NCBI GenBank assembly: GCA_022813965.1
Contig: JALDZS010000068.1
Location: 1 to 64,000, forward strand
Length of the DNA: 64,000 nt
Direction: 5' to 3'
Origin: Toensbergia leucococca
Lineage: Eukaryota
Shown here: piece by piece, positions 1-12,399 of the stretch
How positions within the stretch are numbered: the stretch's first letter is position 1
Layout: each line of letters opens with the position of its first letter
The notes under the pieces: model-generated
The model's input: only the letters and a program-made list of their open reading frames with translations
Databases searched by the model: none
What the model was told of the DNA's origin: nothing
Position numbers and translations under genes: made by a program

Positions 1-1586
1 ATATTTCAAGTCTCTCTCTCTCACACATCCTATCTTATTCTCTCTTAATATCTTTCTATTCCCCTTGTCTCTCATAAATCTTATTAAGATTTTCTAGTAT
101 CTATCTTCTAGTGGCAATCCTAGTAGTTCTTAGGTAAAGCAGGGTCTGCTTTATTCCTTCCTTGGTAGTGAGAAGTGTTCTTAGATTTACTAGCATTTTC
201 TGGCCTAACTCCTCCCTCAGAGCTTGTTGTTTAGCTCTGAAATGCCTGCAGTGCATCAAAATATGATCAGGTGATTGTACTCCTGTACAGGTCCCATGGC
301 AGTGTCTAGTATTATATGTTGGTAGGTGATATAAGTAGGATTTAAAATATCTATGTCCTATTTTTAGTTGTATGTAAGTAGAGAAGGTGAGTCTATCAGC
401 TTTTTTCAACTCTGAAGTCATTTTCTGAGGTAGTTCCTGATTTAACAGCTTATAAGATATTCTTTGCTTGGCTTTGGTCCAGTGTTCCTTCCATTCTAGC
501 ATAGTAGCAGCCTTTATTTGTCTCTTTATATGACTAAAAGAGACAAATCTATCAGGTGTAGGTAACATTCTAGGATCTGTAGCCTGTTTTGCTGCTGTGT
601 CTGCTAAAACATTTCCTTTGATGTCTTGATGGCCTGGAATCCAGTGTATATGTATCAGAAATCCTTCCCTTTGTAGCTCTAGCAGGTTCTCATTTATTCT
701 AGCAGTTTGGCCAGCTCCTGGTCCAGATATAGAACTCATAATTCTCTGTATAGCAGATTGACTGTCTGTAAAAATCTATTGATGTTTGTTTCTTTGTGAG
801 AAGGGTTCCCTTTGTATCTATTTTATAGCTTGTAAAATAGCATATAACTCTCCATCAAAGACTTTCATAAGGGTTCCTAGGTACCAAGACTTCTTTTCTA
901 TATCAGATCTTTTAAATATAATATTAGAGACTTCTATGTGTGACTCTCTTTAAGATGCATCTGTATAAATCCTGATAACATCTAATAGCAGAGAAGATAT
1001 AAATTTGATGTGATCCTTTGCTGTCTGCTCCTTGTCCTTTGATGAGATAAATAGGTCAACATTCTATAACAGAGTCTATGGTTTAGCAGGCTCAGGTAAT
1101 CTCTCTAACTTAATCTCTGTTGGCAGAAGCTTTAAAACACCATTAAGTATTTTAATAAGTTGAGTAGGGTATTTTCTTAGGCTATTTTCCTTGTCTTGAT
1201 TCCATTCAAGAAATCTAGGGTCTATAGATTCTGTTCCTGTTTGATATTCAGGAGAGTAAGTTATAGGAGTCCTATTTCTCAAAGGATAGTCTTCTGGGAG
1301 GGTAGCTATTCTTAGGGCATAACCCCTTAGTAGTTCTTAGGTAAAGCAGGGTCTGCTTTATTCCTTCCTTGGTAGTAAAAAGTGTCCTTAGGTTTACTGG
1401 CATTTTCTGACCTAACTCCTCCCTTAGAGTTTGTTATTCAGCTCTGAAATGCCTGCAGTGCATTAAAATATGATCAGGTGATTGTACTCCTGTACAGGTC
1501 CCATGGCAGTGTCTAGTATCATATGTTAGTAGGTGATATAAGTAGGATTTAAAATATTCATGTCTTATTTTTAGTTGCATGTAGGT

Positions 1587-1783
1587 TATTACAACCTAGC
1601 TGGCTCACTAAGCCTTAACACTGACCTAAGGGCATTGACACACACCTTAGCCGCATTGAGCCTAGCACCATCACCTAAGGGTATTTGTATGTAAACACCC
1701 ATCACCTAGATATCTTCCTTCCTTAGTCTTAGTCTCCTTATCAATCATACCCCCATGACTAGACTCTGGGCCTGGTCCTGACA
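1587..1783 (+). repeat. 5' LTR
   Basis: tattacaacctagctggc...cctggtcctgaca. The termini are consistent with TG...CA after a G>A change. Confidence 0.9.
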
Positions 1784-2859
1784 TTAGACTAAGACTTCAT
1801 CTTTTAGATAGATGTAAAACCTTCTAACATTGAGTGCAGATGATGGAAAACATAGGAAGAAGCTGCACAACTGACTTGAACACTACTAGGTGACTGACTA
1901 AGTGATAGGAAGGAGTAAACCGGAGGCCGGGGGACAGAACTACTAGGCAGGAGTTCAAGGAGTGACCAAGCGGTAGGAAGAAGCAAACTGTGAAGCCTGA
2001 GGAGACAGAACTATTAGGCAGGAGCTTACCTGGGGCAGACGGCTCTGAGTCAGTACCTCAAACCTCTCATCATGAAGTACGCAGGTGATGACATTAAATG
2101 GCTACTATGAAACACCTCATGTTTTAGTTCATTGCAGTGACCACAAATTATGTTCAGACCTCTGAATCATTGCGGCAATCATGTTAACACCTCATATTCT
2201 GGCTTGTTGCGGCGGCCACAAAATTCTGTTCCTACCTCTGAGTCATGTCTTGGCTAGTGACCATGTTAACAGCTACTGCAAGAAAAGACCTCATTTGACT
2301 CATGCCCAGCAGGTGAATCTAGTGACAACACTACTGCATCACTTTCGACTTGCTATGTACAAAATAGCAAACCCTTTAAGACCTTGTTCTAAATTGTGCC
2401 CTGCAGGTGACTCTAGCAATAACACTACTGCAACACCTCTTCTATTTTGACAACAGGCATGCTGGATGGCAATCAGGCTGATGTGTTATGCAAAGGATGC
2501 ACTGAATGGCAACCAGAAATAACATCAACATCAACACTGAATACTGATAGTGAGCCTGCTACAATGGTGACAACCTTCAACAAATGGCATGCTGGATGGC
2601 AACCAGGCAGATGTGCTACGCAAAGGATGTGCTAAATGGCAACCGGAACAAGCATCAACACTGACAGTGAGCCTGCTACAATGGCTTGACAAGAATGATT
2701 CAACCTCTTCCTTATAAACCGTTGATGAGAGTCTTTTAATGCGTGGCCTTTTCAATTCTTCACCTCCTCCGGTAGCTCCTATCACAGGGTAATAGAGCCT
2801 AGAGGGGGACTATAGGGTACAGCCGGTGAGCTGTGAGCACAAGAGCATGGACTCAGGAA

Positions 2860-4928
2860 GGGATAAAGTGATGGAATCACATACAAAATTGTATGAATCC
2901 CTGTTACCCAAATTGAACACTTCAAGGATCCATCAGTCACAATTTCAAGCCCCTCAAATTGCATGAAGATAAAGGAACAAAATTGCCTTCTGAATTGCAC
3001 AATTCCCTAGGTAATTCAGGCAAAAGCATGCAATTTCAAGATACTAAGCCAATCTTTCATGGAGATATTGTGATGAATCCACCTACTAAATTTGATAAGT
3101 CTCTAGGTAGGAAAAGCACAACTTTTGAGTAGGATTCTGAGCTCCTCAACTGCCTCCGGATAGCCTGAAGAAAAGGCAAGGCTTTAGCTGGTAAAATAGC
3201 TTGATTCCCTGATGATTAACATGCAAACCATTCAATTCAGAAGCACAAAAATTGGGCCTATTTCTAGCTGGAAAATGAGGTGAATCTCCGGCATTTAGGA
3301 TTCTCCATCAGTTGCATATCTTACCCTTCCTCAGTATCAGTACTATACCTCATTATCTTTTATTTATCACTTATCTTCCTCATCAAATACCTTGTCAGGC
3401 TAGGTTTAAGAGAAAGAGCTAGGACTAGGACTATGACTCAGAGAATAATGACAAGGATAATAGATCAATGTCAGTACCAGGCCTAGGGGCTCAGGTTAAG
3501 GTCTTCAGCAATAGGGACATCACTTTTCTGAAGAGGGGGATAACATACTGAATGGCATATAAGATAGCATACAAAATTGGATGGATTCCTAGCAATGAAA
3601 TTGAATATTCCATGGATCTACTAGTTCCGATTCTGAGCTTCTAACCTGCATGGAGATGGAGCTCTCAATTTACCTACTCAACTGCATAATTCTCTAGTGA
3701 TTTGGCTGCAGGCAAAAGCATGCGATTCTGAGCTACTAGGCAAAGGCATGCGATTCCAAGCTACTAGGCTGATCTTTTATGGAGAATTGCAACAATTCCA
3801 CCTACTGAACGCAATAAAGTCCCTAGGCACAAAAAGCATGACTGTTGGGTAGGATTCTAAGCTCCTTAACTGCCTTCAGATAGCCTGAAGAAAAGGCAAG
3901 GCTTTGGCCGGCAAAATGGCACAATTCCCTAGTGATTTGCATGCTGGCAAGACCATGCAATTTGGAAGCATGAAAATTGGGTCAATTCCTAGATGGATCT
4001 CCGGCACTCAGGATCCTTCATATCTTATCTTTCATCCATCACCTACCTTACTTATTAGATACCTTATCAGGCAAGGGCTAAGGGAAAGAGCTAGGACAGG
4101 GACTATAATTTGAAGGATGAGAACAAGAAGGATGAATCAATGTTAGTATCAGGCCTAGGGCTAAGGTTTAGGTCTTCAGCAATAGGGTCATCACTTTTCT
4201 GAAAGGGGGAGTAACATACTGAATTGCATACAAGATGGCATACAAAATTGAATGGATCCCTGGCAATAAAATTGAATATTCCATGGATCCACCATTTTCA
4301 ATTCCAAGCTTCTAACCTGCACAGAGATGGAGTGACCAAAAGGCCCACCAAATTAATTGTGACAAATCTACCTACCAAATTTGACAAAATCCCTAGGCAT
4401 AAAAAGCATGACTTCTGAGTATGATTCTAAGCTCCTGCAGTGCCTCCAATCAGCATGGAGATAAAACTAGGCTTTTGCAGGTGAAATAGCATGATTCCCT
4501 AGTGATTCACACGCACGCAAATTCATGCAATTTGAATTGCAATACTACAACTCTCAGGGATTTGCTACTGATCCACATACTAAAGTCAGATAGACTCCTG
4601 GCCAATTCCTAGCATGAAAAATCATTAAATTTAAAGCTATGCAAAGTGACTACCTCTCTCAGGGAATGGCCAGCAATTCACAGGTAAAATGAGATGAATC
4701 TCCGGCATTCAGAATTCTTCATACCTATTTATTATCAGTCACAGTCACATACCTTATAATTCATCAACTTTATACCTCATTAGGCAAGGAACAAGGCAAA
4801 GAGCTAGGATAAAGGCAAGGAAGATAGGGGCTCATAATGAATAATAGGCAATGAGGATGAACTAGGGCTAGGAGCATGCTGAGGCCTCACAAGCAATGAG
4901 GGCATTGCTTAGTTGCAGGGGGGGGTAA
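2860..4928 (+). repeat. Three diverged ~680-bp tandem units inside the LTR element, each ending in a PPT-like tract
   Basis: The anchor atacaaaatt occurs at 2881, 3569 and 4240. Units end in gaagagggggataa (3530-3543), gaaagggggagtaa (4201-4214) and gcaggggggggtaa (to 4928). Confidence 0.8.
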
Positions 4929-5125
4929 TATTATGACCTAGCTGGCTCACTAAGCCTTAACACTAACCTAAGGGCATTGACACACACCTTAGCCGCATTG
5001 AGCCTAGCACCATCACCTGAGGGTATTTGTATGTAAACACCCATTTTCTAGATATCTTTCTTCTTTAGTCTTAGTCTCCTTATCAATTATATCCTCATAA
5101 CTAGACTCTGAGCCTGGTCCTGACA
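4929..5125 (+). repeat. 3' LTR
   Basis: tattatgacctagctggc...cctggtcctgaca, the same length as the 5' LTR and preceded by the PPT. Confidence 0.9.
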
Positions 5126-8100
5126 TAGGTAGAGAAGGTAAGTCTATCAGCTTTTTTCAACTCTGAAGTCATTTTCTAAGGTGGTTTTTAATTTAACAGC
5201 TTGTAAGATGTTCCTTGCTTGGCTTTGATTCAGTGTTCCTTTCATTCTAACATAGTAGCAGCCTTTATTTGTCTCTTTATATGACTAAAAGAGGCAAATC
5301 TATCAGGTGTAGATAATATTCTGATCAGCTCCTGATTCAGATATAGAACTCATAATTCTCTGTATAGCAGATTGACTGTCTGTAAAAATCTATTGATGTT
5401 TGTTTCTTTGTGAGAAGGGTTCCCTTTGTATCTATTTTATGGCTTGTAAAATAGCATATAACTCTTCATCAAAGACTTTTATAAGGGTTTCTAGGTATCA
5501 AGACTTCTTTTCTATATCAGATCTTTTAAATATGATATTAGAGACTTCTATGTGTGACTCTCTTTAAGATGCATCTGTATAAATCCTGATAACATCTAAT
5601 AGCAGAGAAGATATAAATTTGATGTGATCCTTTGCTGTCTGCTCCTTGTCCTTTGATGAGATAAATAAGTCAACATTCTGTAACAGAGTTGATGATTTGA
5701 CAGGCTCAAGTAATCTCTCTAACTTAATCTCTGTTGACAGAAGCTTTGAAACACTATTAAGTATTTCAATAAGTTGAGTAGGGTATTTTCTTAGGTCATT
5801 TTTCTTGTCTTGATTCCATTCAAGAAATCTAGGGTCTATAGATTTTGTTCCTGTTTGATATTCAGGAGGGTAGGTAATGGGAGTTCTATTTCTCAAAGGA
5901 TAATCTTTTGAGAGGGTCGCTATTCTTAGGGTATAACTCCTTATCTTATGTCTTATTCTAATCTCAGAGGGTAGAATATTGACTTCTATTTTCATGGCAG
6001 CAACAGGTGAAGTTTTAAAGCATCCTAGGATTTTTCTTAAAGCAAAACTTTGAATTTTCTGCAGCTGAGCCAGGTATCCTTTTTGTCCTTTGTATCATAC
6101 TTCAGCCTTATAGTCAGATATAGAAGTAATGCAAGTCAGATATAATTGTCTATCAGTGTTGACAGATAGTCCTCTTTCAGAATTTAGAAGTCTGTTGATC
6201 AGATGTAGGGTCCTTGTGACAGCAGCTGTCTTTTTTTGCACATGAGTCTTAAAGTTTAGCTTTCTGTCTAGTCAAACTCCTAACCATCTGACAGTCTCAG
6301 CAGGTGATATAATAGTCCCATTTGGCAAGGTAATAGTCTTTAGAGCAGGTCTTCTTTGCCTCTGAAAATGTATTAATTCTGATTTGTTATCATCAAATTT
6401 AACAGCATTCTTATCTGCTCATTGAAATGCTGTTTAAACAGCTTCCTCTAGCATTAGGCAGTTGACAGCAGCAGTGTCTTCTTAAACAGTGAGGGCAACA
6501 TTATCAATAAAGCTTAAAGATTTAATTCTAGAGTTAAACTGTACTTGTATCTGTGGGAATAAATTTCTGATATAAATCAGAAAAAGTATAGGTGAGATAG
6601 GTGATCCTTGAGGTATTCCTGTGACTATGTCCTTTGATAATTGCTTTTCCCTATCAAAAGCAAGAAGCAATTGACTCAGGTCATAATAGGTTCAGGTAGA
6701 TATAATTCTCTCAGGATTTTCAGGAGTTAATTTAAGGTCACATGATCAAAAGCTGACATCTAGTAGCAGGCAAGAGAAAATCTTGTTATTATTCATTGCT
6801 TCTTCAGCATCATAAATAAGTGCTAGAACAGCATCAACAGCAGATCTTTTCTTTCTCCCTCTCATCTGTTCTATGTATAATAAGTTTGTTGTCTCTCCTA
6901 AGTGTGATAGTCTTGTGACCATGATTTTCTCAGCTACCTTGCCTAAGCAATTTAATAGAGTAATCATTCTATAGGCCTTGGGTAGGGAGTAGTCAGGTTT
7001 GTCAGGTTTTTTGAGAATAACTCCTGTTCCTTGTCTCCAGCATTTGAGGTGATATCCTTTAGCTATTAATGTCTTATATATCATGTGAAAGATCTTAAGA
7101 ATAATCTGATAGGCTTTCTGAATAATCAGAAAGGAAATTCTGTCAGGATCAGGTGCTTTCTTAGTAGAAGAAGTGTTGATAGCTTGCTTGACTTCTTTCT
7201 CAGTCATCTCAGGCCAGGAAGTATTATTGTTGTTTTCTGTAGTCTCAGATAATCTAACAATAAAAGGTGATGAGAACATAGCTTTGATAAAGGCCTCACA
7301 CTTGTTATCAAATGAGATGACTTTCTCTTGATTTTCTATAGTAATAGGTGGGAGCTTCTCAACTTTCCTTGGTTTTGTAAACTTGTAGGTCAGAAAAACA
7401 TCTTTACCAGCAGCTTCTGCAAGAAAGGAAGTCTAAGATTTATTTTTAACAGTTTTAATAGTATGATAGTATGTATTTCTTGAAGTAGTAAAACGTTCCC
7501 ATTGAGTAACAGTCTTATGTTGTTTCTATTGACGTTTTTCTCTGACTATTTCTTTTCTCAAGTTGGTGAGGTTTTCTGTCCACCAGACCTTAGAGTAAGA
7601 AGAGGGCTTTCTTCTAGGTATAGAGGTATTTGTTAAGTCAAGAATAATATCTTTAAGTTAACAGGCAGTTAATTCCATGGTATGTATTGTCTTATAAGAT
7701 AATAGAGCTTCTATCTCCCCTTTTCTATTACTAGAATTTAATAGAAGTTGTTCTTTAAAGGACTCTTAGTTGGCCTTTTTGATGTTAAATGAGGCCTCAA
7801 AGGGGCTATCAACAAGTTCTATATTGTCTGTGCAGAGAGAGAACTGTATAACCTCATGATCTAATTCTGTAGGTAAATCTTTATTGATTTGCCAGTCTAT
7901 TATAGAACTGTAGAGAGATGAAGTTGCAAAAGCTAGGTCTATAACAGATAAAGTTTGTTCTAAGAACTGAGTATAGGTATCTATATCAGGGGTATTGACT
8001 AGTTCACACTGATATCTAGCAAGTCAGGTAGTCAGAGTTTCAGATCTTGTTGCAGTGCAAGTAGAATTCCGCCAGGGGTAATGAGCATTAAAATCTCCTA

Positions 8101-8589
8101 GCACTAAGGACCTCTCAGGAAGTTGAATATGTTGTAGAGATCTCTCTATAGTTCATAGTGTACCCTCAGAGTCCTAATCTTTCTTATTATAAATATTTAA
8201 TATAAGAGTTTCTCTCAGGCCTGAGAAAGAGATAGAAAGGGCTTGTATATTAGAATCTATAGTAATATTAGGTCTTGATGTGCATATAAGGTTTGTTTTT
8301 GAGGTATCCTTAGCAATAAAAGTAAGAACTCTTGGTCTGTATAAGGTATTTGTAGGTATAATAGCTGTAAAGGATAGATAAGAGATAGTTATAGTGTAGT
8401 CTTTAGAGACCCATAGTTCCTGAAATAAGACAATATTAACGCTTCTTGTAGCTGCATTAAGGCAGGACTGCATAGCATTTGTAGATCTTGCACAATTGTG
8501 TTGTAAAATTTTAACTTTTGATTTGTTTTGGGGACAGTGAAGTCCCTGAGCTGATTCCATGGTAGTAGCAAGTATTGATGTAATAGACA

Positions 8590-10338
8590 TTACCAATTAT
8601 AGCTGAGTTCATCTCTATTCTTCTCTATAATAGAGGTAGAAATGAGTAGGGTAGCTCTGTATATCTCACAGGTTTGAGAATTTGCCTGATGATCTCCCTG
8701 ACATTTACTGCATTTTATCTGTATATGAGAGCAAGGCATAGGTTTTCCTTTGCATTCAAGGACAAGACATTGATGATCTCTGGTGTTGTGTGGTCCAGCA
8801 CATAGCTGATAGGTAAGGGGTCTATGACAGGAGTTTTGTATATGACCATACTGTTGACATCTAACACACTGATCTGATGGCTTGTTGACAAGATAATCTG
8901 CTGTCCTAATTGAGATTCCTGCTATTACAAGTCTTTTTCTCAGGGCCTGAGTTACCTCTTCTTTGGTTTTCAGAGCTAAAACAACTGAGGAGTGTCTCTT
9001 TTCTTGTCTCACCTGAGGTTGAGAAAGTCATTGAGGTAGGGTAACAAGCTTTAATCCTTGATTAAATAACTCTAAATCATCTTTGAGAAGTTACATGCTA
9101 CTCTCAGTATTGAAAGACTCTGTAGGAACTCTATGTGCTATCAATTTGTATCATTTTTCGATTTTTTGAGCCCGTTGACCTCTTAGTTCTAGCTCCCAGA
9201 TGGCTCTATGTTTTAGTAACTTATCTGCAGTGCATTTATATACTGTGGTAAGGACAATATAATCTTCTTTTTGTAATAGAACAGCTGTAGCTACCATGAT
9301 ATTGTTGATTTTTGCTGCTTTTAGGGCGTTATTGACCTTGTCTCTAGTCTGCATGGGGTTGTAGTTGTTTGCTGATCTATTGAACTGAATAAGAACACGT
9401 CTATCTTGCTGTATAATGGGTGGGGGGGCCTTAGGTTCTATAGCAATAGAATTTGAACCTGTGGCAGGGTCTGATTTCTTTCCTCTTGCAACAACATTTT
9501 ATACTTTCTCCGTCTCTCAGAGCTTCTGTGCTTGATCTGACCAGGTAGAAGACTTGCTAAGGCCTTGATTAAAGGTAGAAAAAATTGCTGAGGGTAGGTG
9601 AGTTGGTACTAAAGAGTTGTTGACAAAAGGAGCCTGGCCAGAAGGGGCTTTTTGAGGGTTTAAGACTAATCCTTGACCTAGCAGGCTCAGGATTTTGTCA
9701 AACTTATCTTTTACCTCTTCTTTAAAAGCACCTAGTTTAGTCTGTGTAGTCCCTTGAGGTTGAGATTGAGATTGAGGTTCAGCTTGAGGTTGATTGACTT
9801 TAAAGGAGGTAGCCATATTCTTCCCTTGAAATCTATGTCTAGCCCAGGGTTCATTTGCCTTATCAAGGGAAGGTAGACTGATCTTTTGTTGTACAATATC
9901 TATGGATAGTATAGCATCTGCTTTGTCCTCATGCTCATGATCTGATAGCTTGAGGTAGGCCTGATGTAAAGACTCTCTAGTATCTGTCAGATTTTTGTTC
10001 AGAAAGTTAACAGGTTGATAAGTAGGTGAATCAGGTAGACTCTCTGCAGGTCTTCTTTTCTTTAACAGTCTGATCTGCTTGCTCTCAGAAGGTTCCTGTG
10101 TAGCTTCTGTGTTAATAGAGGGGACTTTGTTGAATTGAAATCTAGGTGAGTTATCTAGTACAAGAGTTTTGACTTTTGTTCATAGACTTGATGAAGGTTT
10201 ATTGACAATAAGATTGTTCTGACTTGTGACAATAGCTGCTGCTGCTGTATAAAGTTGATCTGCAAGTTTTGCTGTTGAGAGAAGATTTTTGCGTAATGCT
10301 TTTAGTGTGAGAGTGAGAGTTTCAAAGATATCATGCAT
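8590..10338 (-). pseudogene. LINE ORF1 (gag-like nucleic-acid-binding protein), stop-interrupted
   Basis: One frame runs from ATG 10338 to 8590 with several stops. It has three Zn-knuckle-like motifs: CVRCQQYGHIQNSC, (Y)QLCAGPHNTRDHQC and CSKCQGDHQANSQTC. Confidence 0.85.
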
Positions 10339-11129
10339 CTCTGTGTTGTCTTCTGATGATAATGTTAATATAATGAATAAAGAGGTGACTGAGGAGGTAA
10401 TAAAGTAAGGAAGGTCTGATTCTAGTCCTGATCCTGGTCCTGATTCAGTATCTTGAGAGATGCTAGCAGTATTTACTTAATTCAAGCTGAAAACCTCTAT
10501 GAATTAAATGTTCCTGAGGTTCTAGATTTTCTGTTCAAGTCTACAACTACAGTATATATCTCTGTTCACCTAAGACAAAGCGTTTCCTTAATAACTTTAT
10601 TCTAGGCTTTTTATCAGTAGAATCAAGTGATAACAATGAATGTCTCCTCAGCTGTCTACTCACCCTTAACCTCTAGGTCTTCAAGAGTTACCCCTAACAG
10701 ATCTTCTAGACTGAGGGCTTAATTGAATTCACTGGCACTTGACTGAGGGAGAACAGTAATAGAAAATCCTGGTCCTGGTCTTATAAAAAGAAAATGCTGC
10801 GCAAAAGATTGAGATAACTCTAGCCCAGGGCTTTTTTCTGATTCACAAGCAACCAATTATAATAAGATACAATGATAGTACACTTGATATAATAAAGCAG
10901 GTAGATAAAGGAGAGTTAGTGATAGATGGTTGTTGTTGTTATAAGGTGAGATGTTTAATGTATAGTAGGGTAAGGATCTAGGCTGACGATTGTGTGTCTG
11001 TGAATTGATTTACTCAGAGAGCTTAGCTATCACTGCTTGATAGGCAGATGATAGGCCCTATCAAGTCTCTACTTGTATAGAAGAGTGATTGTTGTGTTAT
11101 TGTCTAATAAAGGTGATTTTGTCATTGAG

Positions 11130-11900
11130 AGGAGTAAGATTCAGAGCTAGTACTTAAGTATTTGTTAGTCAATTTTCCTGAATCTTTTATATCAGGGAGT
11201 TCTTTATTGAACTAAGGAGTGAGTCAGAGAGATAAGTCTCAGCTGTTGTGGTTGTTCAGCTCAAAGGGTATAAGTGAATTTGATAGAGGTAGAACTCAAA
11301 TTTCAGATAGACAGAGGGCTGGCGTTTGGGTGATTCTTGACCGTTTTTTCTAAATCTTTTATATCAATAAGTTCTCTATTAGACTGACAGGCAGTTCAGA
11401 GTGATAAGTGTCAACTGTTGTGATTGTCTAGCTCAAAGGGTATAAGTAGATCTGGTGGAGCAAAGGGTCAGGGTGGTCAGATTTTCGCCTGGTGGCGACG
11501 TTTTTGGCAATAACTCTGTTATTTCTTGACGGATTTTCAAAATTCTTAAAGATTCAGAAAGGGTTCGTCAAGGCGCACAATTTGGCTTCTTTTAAATATT
11601 ATTAAAGATGTCATTACACTAAGAAGTGTTGTTGCAATTGTTATTTGGTGAACGGGGTAACGTTGAGAATGAGTCTGACTAGTGTGTCTTGGCAAGGAAC
11701 TTCAAAACTCGACGTTTTTGGTGAATGAGGTGGATGAGGTGACGTTGAGGATAGGCTCTGGCTAGTGGCTTGGCAAGGAACGTCAAAAATTGACCCTATG
11801 GTGACAGGTTTTTATCAATAACTCTTTTATTCCTGGACGGATTTTCAAACTTCTTAAAGATTCAAAAAGAGCTCGTCAAGGCGCACAATTCTGTTGCTTT
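11130..11900. repeat. Cluster of interleaved 50-80-bp direct repeats upstream of LINE ORF1
   Basis: gataagt..c.gctgttgtg..tgt...gctcaaagggtataagt at ~11231 and ~11403. caataactc...gacggattttcaaa.ttcttaaagattca.aaag.g.tcgtcaaggcgcacaatt at ~11508 and ~11816. acgttgag...ctagtg...cttggcaaggaac.tcaaaa at ~11660 and ~11742. Confidence 0.75.
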
Positions 11901-12399
11901 GGACTTGGTTTTGCGCGTTGAGTACTTGAGTAGTGATGACTGCAAAGTTCTTGGAGGCGTAATCTTTGAGGGCTTGTAATGTATCCAGGGTCCTATCACT
12001 TCAGAAAGTGAATAATACACAAATTGCGTGTTTTCAATACAAAACAACAAGCAGACGCGATGGGGTGCCAGGAATTAAAAATGGGTGTAGCACCACCAAT
12101 ACTGATGGGATCTTAGTTGTTTCTGCTGGTATTGACTGCTGTGACGTAGGTGGCTCAGGCTAGTAGCTTGGTAGAACTTTTTTGGCTGACTAACAAGTGA
12201 ATGCTGTAGGTTGTAAAAAATCAACTTTTTAAGCCCTCCTGCTGCATCACTACCATGACTGTAATAAGGTATTGATAGGTAGGGTTCTAATTAGAATGAT
12301 GAGAGCTTTCAGATGCTAAAGAGCTTGAGTTGTATAGGTGATTTTTTAATATTGATATTGGTTATTCAGAATAAGTAGATAGTTGAGAATAATAGGTAC

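Larger units (their letters stand above)
1587..5125 (+). mobile_element. Non-autonomous LTR retroelement (3,539 bp) with 5-bp target-site duplication TAGGT
   Basis: 197-bp direct repeats lie at both ends. TAGGT is at 1582-1586 and 5126-5130. A G-rich PPT (gcaggggggggtaa) abuts the 3' LTR. The paralogous empty site is visible at ~373-385 (tgtaagtagagaagg). No recognisable gag/pol ORF is present. Confidence 0.9.
121..5941. repeat. Tandem duplication of ~1.2 kb of the LINE 3' region: copy A 121-1327; copy B 1328-1586 + 5131-5941 (split by the LTR element, ~137-bp deletion near 5322)
   Basis: tagtagttcttaggtaaagcagg occurs at 121 and 1328, and gctattcttaggg(c/t)ataac at ~1305 and ~5919. The copies differ almost only by C/T and G/A transitions. 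Confidence 0.92.
101..8596 (-). pseudogene. LINE ORF2 (APE endonuclease - reverse transcriptase - RNase H - CCHC), fragmented
   Basis: Endonuclease motifs: KILQHNCARS, LFQE, GDFNAH. RT motifs: KAYRMITLLNCLGKVAEK, GIPQGSPISPILFLIY, FIDN (degenerate xxDD). RNase H motifs: IYTDAS, HWIPGHQDIKGNVLAD. C-terminal CHGTC...HILMHC. Confidence 0.92.
1..10500 (-). mobile_element. Degenerate non-LTR retrotransposon (LINE, Tad1-like with RNase H), interrupted by an internal duplication and a nested LTR element; 5' end uncertain (may extend to ~12,300)
   Basis: Minus-strand ORF fragments occur in LINE order: gag-like CCHC knuckles, APE endonuclease, RT, RNase H, C-terminal CCHC. There are many in-frame stops and small deletions. 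Confidence 0.93.

Noticed and set aside
101..739. Stand-alone functional RNase H gene
   Set aside because: It is the 3' fragment of LINE ORF2; the upstream catalytic motifs lie beyond in-frame stops.
1804..4418. Short ORFs inside the LTR element as cargo genes
   Set aside because: They are 60-90 aa, have no recognisable motifs and are not preserved as ORFs between the tandem units.
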